Source: Eutreptiella sp. 'Long Island Sound 2002'
Lineage: Eukaryota; Protista; Euglenida
DNA length: 64,000 bases
Direction: 5' to 3'
Assembly: GCA_964036045.1 (NCBI GenBank)
Contig: OZ038379.1
Coordinates: forward strand, 20,646,001-20,710,000
Part shown: positions 49,529 to 60,505 of the stretch, one piece after another
Layout of the letters: every line of letters begins with the position of its first letter
Numbering within the stretch: position 1 is the first letter of the stretch
Notes under the pieces: generated by a model
Seen by the model: only the letters and a program-made list of their open reading frames with translations
Told to the model about the DNA's origin: nothing
The model's database searches: none
Translations under genes and position numbers: made by a program

Positions 49529-49555
49529 CGAAAAAAAATGGAAACTCAGAAAGTG
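49529..49555 (-). other. Spliced-leader relic
   Basis: Minus strand reads CACTTTCTGAGTTTCCATTTTTTTTCG; 24/26 identical to the Euglena gracilis SL as I recall it (ACTTTCTGAGTGTCTATTTTTTTTCG). Confidence 0.9.
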
Positions 49556-51393
49556 AGACTTTCTACCTCTTAGCAGTAACGTTTGCGGCGATCCGGAATC
49601 CGGATAGGGAACATTCTGTGACACTCTATTTGTTGCTGTGGACCATGCAATCGACCCTAGCACCATTAAGTCCATGGCTCGTCCCCATTGGGTTTTTTTT
49701 TCATCGCTGTCAACTTCTTCACATTCTTTTTCACCTTTACTAGCGCCGCAATCTCGAATCGCTTCAGTCTGACTTTGGATCTAGGATAACCGTGCTCCGT
49801 GGTCCTCCACTAGTGCCTCTTCGCCTAGCGTTGTCGATCTCGGGGTTGGATCTTCTTCGGGACTGCACCTTGTCAAACTAGGTCGCATGTGTACATCCAA
49901 TGCCCCTTGCTGCACATGAAATTGGTCATCCTTGAAGTCCCCTAAGCAAAAACACCCCGCTTTGGCTTTTTCCTGGGACCCCCTCCCCAGTTGTCTAGCA
50001 TCCGGTACACGGACATGTTAAACTTCTCCGTGTCCTTTGATCCCTGTCATCGTGATGCTCAGGCCCCCCATTATATTTTTCGTTATGCTTTTTGCACTGA
50101 ACGGCGCCTTTTGTGGCTGGCCAGGCCGGGGGGAAAGGCTCTTGCGCGCCAAGCTTTTTTTCGGGGAGGGGCGGGAGCCCGAAACCAAGTTCAATCGCGG
50201 GCTGAGTACCGCTGCGCGTTGCTGTTCTCCTCTGCCCTATCTCAATGAGACTTGGCAGCCCCGTTATAGACAACCGCAGAGCCGGGGCCTCTGCCTGATT
50301 TCTGAAGGCGGTACGGTTGCGGCTTGGGGGTCAGAGCATGACGGCTTGAGCTCTACATCAGGTTGAAAAGTTGAGGAGAAAAGATGAATATTTGGAGTGT
50401 GAGGGTGACCTGTACTCAGCAAAGGGCACTGAGCACGTCAGCTGGTTGCTGTGCACTGCTGCACAACGGACAAGAGTTTCCAAAAGAAAACAATTGAAGG
50501 AAAAGCCGGGTAGATGAAATGGTTGAACTCAGGTATTTAGGCCATAAGTAACCGGATGATTGGTGAAGAGGGACAGTGATCAGTGTGGTTGCAGGCTTAG
50601 GGGCGATGCTGTCAGTTTGCTGCCACAAAACTGACGTGTCAGTACCAGTGACATAGAATTGAGTGTGCTAGTGTATTTGGTGTTTGTTGCCAGGACTGCG
50701 GCAATAGTGTGTGTGTGTGTGTGTGCGTGTGTGAGTGTGTGTGAGTATGTAGCGGTACGTCTGTAGTGCGGTTGCTGAGGGGAGTGGTGCCTGTTGGACG
50801 GTGGTGTGGGCAGGTGAAAATATTTTTGTTCTTCGTGCCATCTTAACTGAACCAAAGTAGGCAGGCAGCAAAGACTGAACGGAACAAAAAGATGGTAATA
50901 CTTGTTGAAACAACGAGTCCGGAGACACGTGTTCTCTGAAAGCACGTTCACTGCAGAATGCAGTAGACAGTAGTTTACTTACTGTCACGTCTCACTGCTA
51001 GACCAAGTCGTTGCAGCGAGATTGGGCGCTCAAAGCAGGTGGCACCTGCGAACGCACAGCAACACAGATGTTGAAAACACAGCGTATGGGCGTGGCCCTT
51101 AGACAGACACAGTCGCTGTCGTGTTGGGCTAAAGACAATAGTGTCCCGGAACACACGATGTTCGTTGCTGCTAAAGGGAGCGAATGTACTGTGGGGCCGC
51201 TCTACGGAGTAAGAGGAAAAAGAAGCTAAGATACAATAAAACAGAGCAAGAGCAGATATCAGTGAGTTGGCTTAAGCCCGAAGGGTAGCTCATATACCAG
51301 AGAAGGCTCGCTGACGAACTCTTCAAAATTTAGATTCATCAGATTTAAGAGTCAAGATGAACTCATTGAAATCCAGTGCGCCTGCTGCATGAA

Positions 51394-52671
51394 CTACTGC
51401 ACAAGGCAATCAGATTTTCGGGGCTCGACATCTTCGTTCGGTGTCACTTGGCAGTGTAGCCGTGGTTGGGAGCAGGAGCAACACACATCTCTAGCTTGAA
51501 AGTTGCTGTAACCACAAGGACAGCGCCAGTCCTTGCGTCTTCGGCCCAATGTGTCAATGTCGTGGCTTTCGACCACTCCCGGACTAAGGCCGTAGGTCAA
51601 TGACAGCTCTGCTGTGAAGGAGGTGTTGATATTGGCAGATGAAACATGGCAAGACACAGAATGCAGTTGTGAAGTACTGGTCACGTCTGGAATCTCTTGT
51701 GGGCTGATCGTGAAGAGTTCTCTGGCGGGAGTATTCGCGCTGCGTGTTCTGAGCCTTTTTTGTGAGGCGGGCGCTCTATGTTCGCCGTGGGAGTTTGTGG
51801 GCAGCGGAGGGAAGTGTTGTAGAACCGTGGTGTCGACATGATCACCGCTTGAGTAGTATTCAGGTGGCGTCGTGCATTTAGGTCCAGTGGGACTCGCCCC
51901 GATCTTTCGGCGAAACTCAGCTAGTGGTACTCGTTTGATTTTGCGTCTTGGACAGTGGCATTTGCGTTTGCGCGGAGGCCTTGACCTTTGACCCGACGCT
52001 TTGGGGCGTGGGAGACGTAGCCGGCACAGAATTTGGCATATCAAAGTGCTGAAAAAAACGAGCATGTTGAGCAAAGTCACTGGGGAGGTCGGCAGAGTGA
52101 TACGGCGCCGCTCGGGTTCTGCAACAGGTGAGGCGGTGCTCTCCAAGGGCACGCTACTGGCGATATTTTCGACTTCGCTGAACGATTTGTCGTACTCGTA
52201 CCCCAGGTTTGTAGGTTGCTGGTCATCAGGTTGAATAATTGAGTAGTGAGAGTTTGAGTTGCTCTTGACAGACTCTTTGAGAGTTTCTTGATCTCCGTGT
52301 GTTGTACATTCGAGACCAGGCCGACGAGCCTCACGCGGCAGGCGAGGGAAAAGATGCAGTTGCTGAAGCAATATGTTGGTGGCGTGGTATTCTCGCAGTT
52401 GCTGTTTGAGAGTCGTGGCAAACTGGTTTATCGAAGCGTCCAGGTCATAAAATTCATCATCGTGAAGAGGAGACGTTCTTTTGTGGGCATACGGGACTGC
52501 AGGTTTGCGAAATCCTGCAGCGAGATGGCATGGAGCCGCGCCTTTCAGCGGGCATGGATCAGCTTCCGAGAAATCAGCTTCTGTCGATGTTTGCGTTGAT
52601 ACCCGTGATTTTTGTTTGAAATCATGCTGGCCTTCAATTTTCAGCTCTTCGCTATGCGCGCGTGCGGCCAT
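51394..52671 (-). CDS. Intronless 425-aa ORF with a C-terminal RanBP2-type zinc finger; distant relative of the 565-aa ORF
   Basis: DWRCPCGYSNFQARDVCCSC (51472-51531) fits WxCx(1-4)Cx3Nx6Cx2C. Shares LLQQLHLFPRLP and FSTL...RLRL motifs with the 565-aa ORF. Flanked by a 17-bp direct repeat (50076-50092 and 52683-52699). Confidence 0.6.
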   Translation of the reverse strand: MAARAHSEELKIEGQHDFKQKSRVSTQTSTEADFSEADPCPLKGAAPCHLAAGFRKPAVPYAHKRTSPLHDDEFYDLDASINQFATTLKQQLREYHATNILLQQLHLFPRLPREARRPGLECTTHGDQETLKESVKSNSNSHYSIIQPDDQQPTNLGYEYDKSFSEVENIASSVPLESTASPVAEPERRRITLPTSPVTLLNMLVFFSTLICQILCRLRLPRPKASGQRSRPPRKRKCHCPRRKIKRVPLAEFRRKIGASPTGPKCTTPPEYYSSGDHVDTTVLQHFPPLPTNSHGEHRAPASQKRLRTRSANTPARELFTISPQEIPDVTSTSQLHSVSCHVSSANINTSFTAELSLTYGLSPGVVESHDIDTLGRRRKDWRCPCGYSNFQARDVCCSCSQPRLHCQVTPNEDVEPRKSDCLVQ

Positions 52672-53274
52672 TTGATTATTTTTTTTTCGTTATGCTTTTG
52701 GACACACAAGGTGCCCTTGCACTGCGCGCATAGTGCATGCTGCTTGTAGATTACGCCCCCCCCGAAGAGCCTCCAAGTACATCCTTTCCAAACACACCTC
52801 AATTTAGGTCACTTGAACATGGTCATCCATCATGTACATGGTGATGATGATGCATAATGATGATGATGATCACGATCGAAAAGTCTTATTTTGAGAGACT
52901 TTGGGCAATGTTGCATGATTTTTGACATGATTTGACCAATGAGGTCTTCCTTAAGAACGCTTATGTCAAAAGAAAGTAGCTTGCGACTATGCAAGGATCT
53001 TCCCGTATGTCTTTGGGACGAGGTCTGTAAGCTTCAACACTCCGTTTCGTCGTATTCCTTCTTTCGGTGCCCCTTTGTGTGTCCGTCACGTCAACTCAAG
53101 CGCTGAGGGTGCTGTTTTTGGTGCCTGTGGACAATGGGGAGCCCTCGGCACCCATCGCCTCCCTAGGCCGGTACCTTTTACAACTCATGATGCCCCAAGT
53201 ATCCCAAAATATGACTCTCTAGCACAGCCGGATGCCCAACTAGTTGCACTGCACACGCACTGCGCTAAGTGCGC

Positions 53275-53712
53275 TGTAATAGAAACTACTTGGCTCAATA
53301 GAGTGACAGCCATTTGTAATTGGGGACTCATATGACGAGGGTTAGAGTGTCAGCTTTGTAATGTTGCGCCGAATTCGCGCATTTAAAATGCCACATCAGC
53401 AGCGCGTGCACTTCTGTGCTTTAAAAGTTTTGATTGAGAAACATAGGCCTTCTATGAATGAGTTCATTAGATTCAATCATGAGAACTTTCATTGCACCTG
53501 TTTTGCAGGATGCAATGTTTTTAACATGATATGATCTGAGTTACGGAATCAAGGACACTGGAGACCTGAGTACTGACAGAGATTTGGGCTGATCATTGAA
53601 TTGTATTGGTGCTTGCGTGCTTACAGTGAACTTTGTTGACAGGGTACTGTGTCAGGGAAAGAAAATGGACATGAAATAAACAGCCAACCAGAGAAAACTC
53701 AGAAAGGTTACA
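53275..53712 (+). repeat. 5' LTR (438 bp)
   Basis: TG...CA ends with TGTAA/TTACA inverted termini; about 11 substitutions versus the 3' LTR by eye. Confidence 0.92.
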
Positions 53713-53976
53713 AAGCATTGCATCCGTGCCTGACGGATAGTATGCTGTTCGACGCGCCTGCCCAGTTCATTCGAGCCTGTGGACGCGCTAGGTCTTTGGA
53801 CCAGTGCACATATTGCAGCGCACACCAAAGCACCCCACATCCGTTCCTCGTGACGATTGTGCTGCTGCCCCCGTTCTCCAATTCCACGTGCAAGGGAGGT
53901 ATTCTACGCCACCAAGATTGCACTGGGGCGCCTACACGCCAAATTACGATGCATTTGCTGCTATGGCATGCACGTC

Positions 53977-54270
53977 GCGACGTTCTCCAACGCTCGTGCC
54001 ACCATCGCCGATAACTTCGGAAACAACGTGGGAGATGTTGCTTGCAGGAGCTCCGACCTTGTCGGTTTTTTCGTAGAAGCCTCTTGTGCTGCGCTGGTTA
54101 TCTCCTCTCAGAGCGAAGGACAGGTGACGGCTGCGTGGACAACCGTTATGTTCCTCTTGTGCATCAGTGGTTGCGGCATTTTGGTGTGCACGGTATGCAG
54201 CTTCATTGCCGCGGACTTGAAGTCTGTCTCTGATGTTGAGAAGATGTTGAACGTTCAGCTCTTCACGACT
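53977..54270 (+). pseudogene. Captured, decayed fragment of a membrane H+-translocating pyrophosphatase (V-PPase/VP1 family)
   Basis: [37 protein letters not shown]...LCISGCGILVC...VEKMLNVQL aligns with the family segment [32 protein letters not shown]...LLISSMGILVC...IEPALKNQL. The catalytic DNVGDNVGD motif is mutated; no intron is evident. Confidence 0.85.
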
Positions 54271-57200
54271 CCGCTGGAGATAAGTATCGCACGCTGGTGC
54301 ATCCCACTGGTACGTTGCGCCCTTGCTTGACTTCGTGCCACTTCACTGGCGCACTGCCTCTTTGCTTGACTTGGTGGTCAGCGTGAGCAGCACAGAGTAA
54401 GAAGGCGAGCGTGACCATCAGCCGCAGCGCTTTCGACCTGCGGCCGGGCAAGTAAGCAGCGCTTCCGCGCTTTCATTCTTTTGTAGCGCTCGCTTATGTT
54501 GAGCGCTGTCGTGCTGGAGTCTTTGTACACGTTGTGCACCTGCAGATTTACTGCTAGTGGCGTGTCTTCCTGGCCCTTTGGGCTATGCATCTACAAATTT
54601 ACTTGCATGTATAATTGAGTCTGTCTTCTGGGCCACTCTCAGTGGTCTGGAAGGTCTTTCTGTGTGAAGATAGATCCGAAGTATGCAGTTGTTTGTTTGC
54701 CTGTTGCATCTCAGTGATTTGATTTGAATCTAAAATTTGGGTTTTACACAGAGGCTTCAAGTGACGCCAGGATCCTGTTATGTGTGCTGCCCCAACTGTA
54801 TGGATACATGCCTTTGCTTTCTTTTTCGCTGGTTGTTCACTTTTTGCTTACAAATTACAGTGGCCATGTGCTGGTCAGACCGGGGACCAGTGCCCTTGTG
54901 TGACTGGATTTTCTGGGGCCTTGAGTTTCTCGACGCCCCTTGGTTGGACACAACTGCTTTAGCGAAAACAGTGCTTTCACACTGCTTTTTTTTTGTGCAA
55001 CATACTTTGAGTTTTGAGGTTGCACACACCATTTGGCACCTCACTCACTCACTTTTTTTTTGTCTGCACCTCAACACCACCACACACATGCACTGTGTCC
55101 ACTACATGTGTGCACCACACTGCAGGTTTTGAAAAACCACTGCAGGATTCCCCCCTAAATTGGGATACCTTTTGCAGGTTTTTCAAACTTGTCGCAGGGG
55201 ATTTCTAAAATTGCTTTGCAGTTTTGGGAACACCAGCCTGAGACATGTTTATGATGTATTATAGAGGAATGGGGTTTTTCTAGCAAGGACAAGTCATGCT
55301 TTTCCCCAACCCTTGTTGAAATTTTTTGACTGTCTTGAAAAGGATACTCAGTACGTAGTGTGTGACTAGGCCGTCAAGAAGGGCTTTGCCATGCACGCGG
55401 CCACATTTGTTTCCATTTGCTATGGCTAGGCCCACAAGTAGGGCTTTGCCGCTTGCGATTAATTTTGTACACAGAACGGTTTGTGTTCACTCACTATGGC
55501 TAGGCCCACAAGTAGGGCTCTGCCATGTGTGGTTTGCAGCGTGTGTAGGTGTTGCCTCCGTGTGACTAGGCCCACAATGAGGGCCTCCGCACATTGAGGG
55601 TGAATCATGGCCTGGGCCATTATGGGGCCTTGACCAATGAGTTAGAGGTGGTAACCATTACTCATTTAGTTTCCAAAGATTGCTTTAACACAACCCCCCA
55701 CCCTTCTCCTCCTCCCAATTTTATTGTTTATCATTTTCAACAAAAACCGAGACTAGATATGTTTATTCCCATACACATAACAGAACTAGAATAGGTGGAC
55801 ATAGAGGCCCCCGGTTGCACGGCCTCAGCGCATGATTTCCATTTTTGAACGGCAAAAACTCATCCCCAAATTAGTAATCCGAAGCGCCGACATATTCCAA
55901 TTTTTTACGTATACCCACGTACATAAAAACTTCGCCTCTGGCTCAGAAATACCCCCGGAGGAGTGTAAGCCAGCTTCGGGCCGCTGATCTACCAACCCCT
56001 AGGAACGTTTCTATTAACACATGCAATAGGCTGGGATCCGCCCCAGGGAACAGAAGCGCCATTTTATTCCGACATGTAGCAGGATAATGAGGGGACCCGC
56101 CCCCTGGTGAACATTTGGAGGGTTGCCTTCGCCCAAGTGTGCCAAAGGAACTCTGTTTCTTCTTTTCCTGAAGGCAATGACATGGCTAAATTGTTTTCGG
56201 GATGGAGTGAATGCAGCATTGAGGGCCGGAAGATTGTTGAGATGTGGTGAGGGAGTGTAGGCCCCAAAATAATTGGGTAGATGCCCAGTTGTTGAGTTGT
56301 GTGGTCAGGTGACCAAATGGTCTGCTCTTTGTTTATACCCATGCCTATGATTTCCAGCATGTCATTTGTGACTAGCCCCTGTACCCCAAGCATTTGTGTT
56401 AACATTCAGGCACAAATGATGGAACACCCACCCGTCAAGTTTTGGTTGAATTTGATGTACGGAGTCAGATCGAAATAAGGGGAAACCCGGAGGGATGTCA
56501 TGCCACGAGGGTAGGCCCCCGTACCCGATGCAAATAGCTGTCGGATCAAGATAAGGGGACACCCGGAGGAATGGCCATTGCCCATGAGGGTAGGCCCCCG
56601 TGCCTGACATAAAGACACCATCCTAGCATGTGAATGGATATCAAAGTTTGGCCCCCACCCCCACAACCATGTATTGGTTTTGGCAGGGGAGTAGTCCAAC
56701 CTGGACTACTCTCCGATTTTGTGTTACTATGCAATCTGTGGAGCATATGCCCAAGTACACTTCTACATTTTCACTCCTATTGCTTTTCGTAACATTTGTA
56801 TTGAATCTTGTAACCTTGGGAAATGATTTTACAGACTTCTTGTGGTCACGTGAAAACACAGCGAAGACACACGCTACTATAATTCAACCGGAGATCATGG
56901 ACAGCATTTATGTTTGCATAAACCCCCCCCCCGACGACTAGTGTCCAGACAGCATAGCATTTAGCATTTCCTGGGGATTTGTGATGTGTGTTTTTGAAAT
57001 GGCCCACACCGTGACGGCATAGCTACACACTGCTGCTGTAAAGGCGTATTGGACAACTTGGCCTGGCTGGCCCCCATGCTTTCCTCTCTACGGTTGACAT
57101 TTATTAAGACCCCCATGATGGGCACATTTTTCTCAGCCTGAGACCCCCCACCTAAACTAATCTGGCTATGTGTCCTAACTTGGTTTCACATTGGAATGAG

Positions 57201-57313
57201 CAAGTTTGTGATTCTTCGCTTAAGAGTGGCATTGTTCAATAGAATCTTCGCTTACCTTTTGCGCCACTTAACAACATAACTTTGAGCTCAAGACTAGTAC
57301 CAGGGATGGCTCC

Positions 57314-57334
57314 ACACTTTCTGAGTGTCTATTT
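57314..57334 (+). other. Spliced-leader relic inside the LTR element
   Basis: ACACTTTCTGAGTGTCTATTT; positions 57316-57334 are an exact 19-nt match to the 5' part of the Euglena SL. The 3' part diverges and no GT donor follows. Confidence 0.8.
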
Positions 57335-57427
57335 GTGTTGGAGTGGCCAAGCAGTTCTATCTATTTCCTAATCAGCATGTGCTAAGGGTCCATGTGGTTA
57401 GCCCTAGCACATAGCTTGGCAGGGGAG

Positions 57428-57865
57428 TGTAATAGAAACTACTTGGCTCAATAGAGTGACAGCCATTTGTAATTGGGGACTCATATGACGAGGGTTAGAG
57501 TGTCAGCTTTGTAATGTCGCGGCGAATTCGCGCATTTAAAGTGCCACATCAGCAGCGCGTGCACTTTTGAGCTTTAAAAGTTTTGATTGAGAAACATAGG
57601 CCTTCTATGAATGAGTTCATTAGATTCAATCATGAGAACTTTCATTGCACCTGTTTTGCAGGATGCAATGTTTTTAACATGATATGATCTGAGTTACGGA
57701 ATCAAGGACACTGGAGACCTGAGTACTGACGGAGATTTGGGCTGATCATTGAATTGTATTGCTGCTTGCATGCTTACAGTGAACTTTGTTGACAGGGTAC
57801 TGTGTCAGGGAAAGAAAATGGACATGAAAAAAGCAGCCAACGAGAGAAAACTCAGAAAGGTTACA
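57428..57865 (+). repeat. 3' LTR (438 bp)
   Basis: See the 5' LTR. Confidence 0.92.
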
Positions 57866-58625
57866 TGCGCCCCCACATTTCGATGTGTATGGCTTCTTCG
57901 TATCCCACATGGTGCCCCACACCTCTGTTCATCCCCAGACATCTGCATTTGAACCCTTGCTTTGGACACTATCTCCCAATAAACACCATCTGCAGGCCAA
58001 AAAGTGCAAAAGTCAATTATGGTTCCCAAAACATCACAAATCGCCTTGAAATGCCCTTCTCTTCTTGGTGGTCACCAATGATCCAAGTGGAGCAGCAGAA
58101 GGCAATACATTCCCGGGGGGGGCGGGGGACTACAGCGGGTTCTGATGTGACACCCCCCCAAATATCACCCAAAACTTGCGGGGGGGGGGGGGTCGGCGGG
58201 AGGGGGGGTATTGGCAGGTCGGCCGGGGAGGGGGGGGCTGCACGCGACCCACTACTACCACATGCGTACCGCAATGGGGTGAGTGTGTCTGGGGGGCATG
58301 GGGGTATAGAGGTATGTATGCGATAATAGCAATTTCTCATCTTTGCCGGGAGGAAACTCTTAAAGATCTTCAGGACCAAAGGCATATTACCCCCTTCAAC
58401 TAAGCATGGCTTGAAAAATTTTGCGCCGTTGGCGCCACGTCCCCTGCACCACTATCTTTCAAAACTCAGGGGAGGGTGTCGCATACAAGGACCGGGGCTT
58501 CCCCCCCCCCCCGGGACTACATTGTAGAGAACAGCCCCGTAAATTGTTGACGATGAAGCATTTCCATGGGCACTGAGAGCATTCTGGGGCTGAAGGGCTT
58601 TTGTTGCCTCAGAACACCCCAGATC

Positions 58626-60505
58626 GCCGAGATAATATTTTTTTTGAGATGCGAAAATATTTTTTTTAGATGCGCTAAAAAATAATAGAACCTCTAAAAA
58701 AAAATACAAAACATCTAAAATTTAATACAAAACATCTAAAAAGAAGGTCGAAAGTGATGAAAATTTTAGATGGCTCTCTAAAAAATAATCCGCTGCAAAT
58801 CTAAAGAAAAATACAACAACGTTTCAGGAAGAGACTTTGAGATCTAAGAAAAAATACAACCTCTAAAAAAAATATTCCGCATCTAAAAAAAAAAAATAAA
58901 GGATAACGCTACCCCCACGTCCCTGCCCTGCCCTTACAGGCAACATGCAATAGAAACCACTGATTCACACTGCGTTGCATCTAGGAACAACATGACGCCC
59001 GGTATGACACCACTGCCAACAAGATTGCCTGAAGCCAGATGCACTTTCCGAACGTGCTGTTGCAGTACACTTTAGGTTACGTGAGGATGATGGATAATGC
59101 AACCCACTTGATGGCATGGGAACCTGTCACTGTGTAACTGATGCACAAGACACCTTCGTTGTGGACAAGGGCTGGAGTGCCATGGATTCTTGGACATGAC
59201 CCAAACAAATACAGAACCAGCATCCCTCCCTGTGTGCACCCTGGTCGGCCTATGTTGACCCATCATCTGAAGACATTTGGAAAGAGCAACACTTGAGCAT
59301 GCAATTATGGGCAAACTTGTGCACCGACTGAGTAGTGCTTGAATACCACCTCTCAGAGTCTGAGCAAGGAATCCGGAACTTGGGACTGACTGGGCAGACT
59401 GTGAAAGCCGCAGAAAATGCACAAAATTTTGTGCTGGGATGCAGGGTTGTAAGGATTTGATAACTATGGCTGTCAGACACTGCAGCACAGCCACGTGAGT
59501 GGCACGTGGTACTTCAGAAGAAACGAGCAGAGAAAGCTTGGCTGGATCACCCTGTGTCTGGGTATTGTGCTGGGCAGCTGAGCGTAGGGACGTTTTTGGG
59601 TCAGTGGCTTCGTGCTCAGACTCCAGATACAAAGGGGCCTCTGATGCACTATCCGAACTCGGAATGCTATGAAGAGGAGTAAGAAACACGTCTGTAATAG
59701 AATGGGAACTGGCTTTCTTTTCTGTCTGCCACTTGATCGTGCACTCAGAGCCCTCCACTGCGAGCACCTTATCCCCACCCTTGAAATTTTGCCCCTGGGC
59801 TCTGGCCAAGGTGGCTGAGTACCCTGCTTCACAAAATTCAGACATTATGTATGATCCGTTCAAATGACCTCTCTGCATAGGTCCCCAGTAAAGGAAGACC
59901 CCTGTTCTCTGAGCAGATGAATCTGTGCACATGGGCTCTGGCCAAGGTGGCTGAGTACCCTACTTTACAAAACTCAGATAGTACCCGTGATCCTCTGCGA
60001 TGAACTCTCTGCATACGTCCCCCAGCGAAGGAAGACTACTATTCGCGCCAGGGGCCCCTTGTCCGCGGGCTGACGATTGCATTGAACATGTCTGAGCAAC
60101 AAACAACATTTGTATAGCGCCTCGTCTTGCTAATCTGGCGCTCCAGAGGGCGTCTAGAGGGGCGGGCGGGGGGTTGTTGGTCCAAGCTGAGGGGGGAGGG
60201 GGGGGGGGGGTCAAAATCAAACTTGCTTCATCACCCGTGCTGTCATGGGTCCCCGCACACACCACGTCCCCCACAAGTGCCTAGGGAATCACCCATAACA
60301 CTTTTTTTTACCACTTCTAAAATTTGCGGCATTTGCGCTAAAAAAAAATACTGCGCGCAGAAAAAAATGTCTGAGTATTTTTTTTTAGCGCGGAGTATTT
60401 TTTTTTAGCACGGAATATTTTTTTTTAGTGCGGGATATTTTTTTAGCTAAGAAAAAATATTTCCTCTAAAAAAAATAATCCGCATCTAAAAAAAAATACA
60501 GAACC
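58626..60505. repeat. Paired TCTAAAAAAA / TTTTTTTAGA(TGCG) motif arrays (58626-58900 and 60330-60505); possible foldback-type element ends
   Basis: Both arrays contain TATTTTTTTAGATGCG in inverted relation. Related arrays occur at 43200-43320 and 43700-43900. A TSD was not cleanly resolved. Confidence 0.45.
59798..60050. repeat. Local tandem duplication of about 135 bp
   Basis: GGGCTCTGGCCAAGGTGGCTGAGTACCCT...CTCTGCATA.GTCCCC occurs at about 59797 and 59933. Confidence 0.75.

Larger units (their letters stand above)
46610..49555 (-). mobile_element. Full-length retrocopy of an SL-trans-spliced mRNA (SL, ORF, 3' UTR, short A tail) with a 16-bp TSD
   Basis: TSD AGACTTTCTACCTCTT at 46594-46609 and 49556-49571. 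A T-run (46608-46613) marks the 3' end. The 5' junction coincides with the start of an SL match. Confidence 0.88.
53275..57865 (+). mobile_element. Non-autonomous LTR retroelement (LARD/TRIM-like), 4.6 kb
   Basis: Two 438-bp direct repeats TGTAAT...GGTTACA; 5-bp TSD TGCGC (53270-53274 and 57866-57870); purine tract GGCAGGGGAG (57418-57427) abutting the right LTR. No gag/pol ORF and no canonical TGG PBS seen. Confidence 0.9.

Noticed and set aside
53694-53707. Reverse SL core (ACTCAGAAAG) at the LTR end
   Set aside because: Only a 10-nt match, which is compatible with chance.
57314-57420. SL RNA gene
   Set aside because: The SL 3' end (TTTTCG) and the following GT donor are missing, and there is no tandem SL/5S context.
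59072-59932. 286-aa minus-strand ORF
   Set aside because: No recognisable domain; it overlaps a local duplication inside a repeat-bounded segment and may be an antisense shadow.
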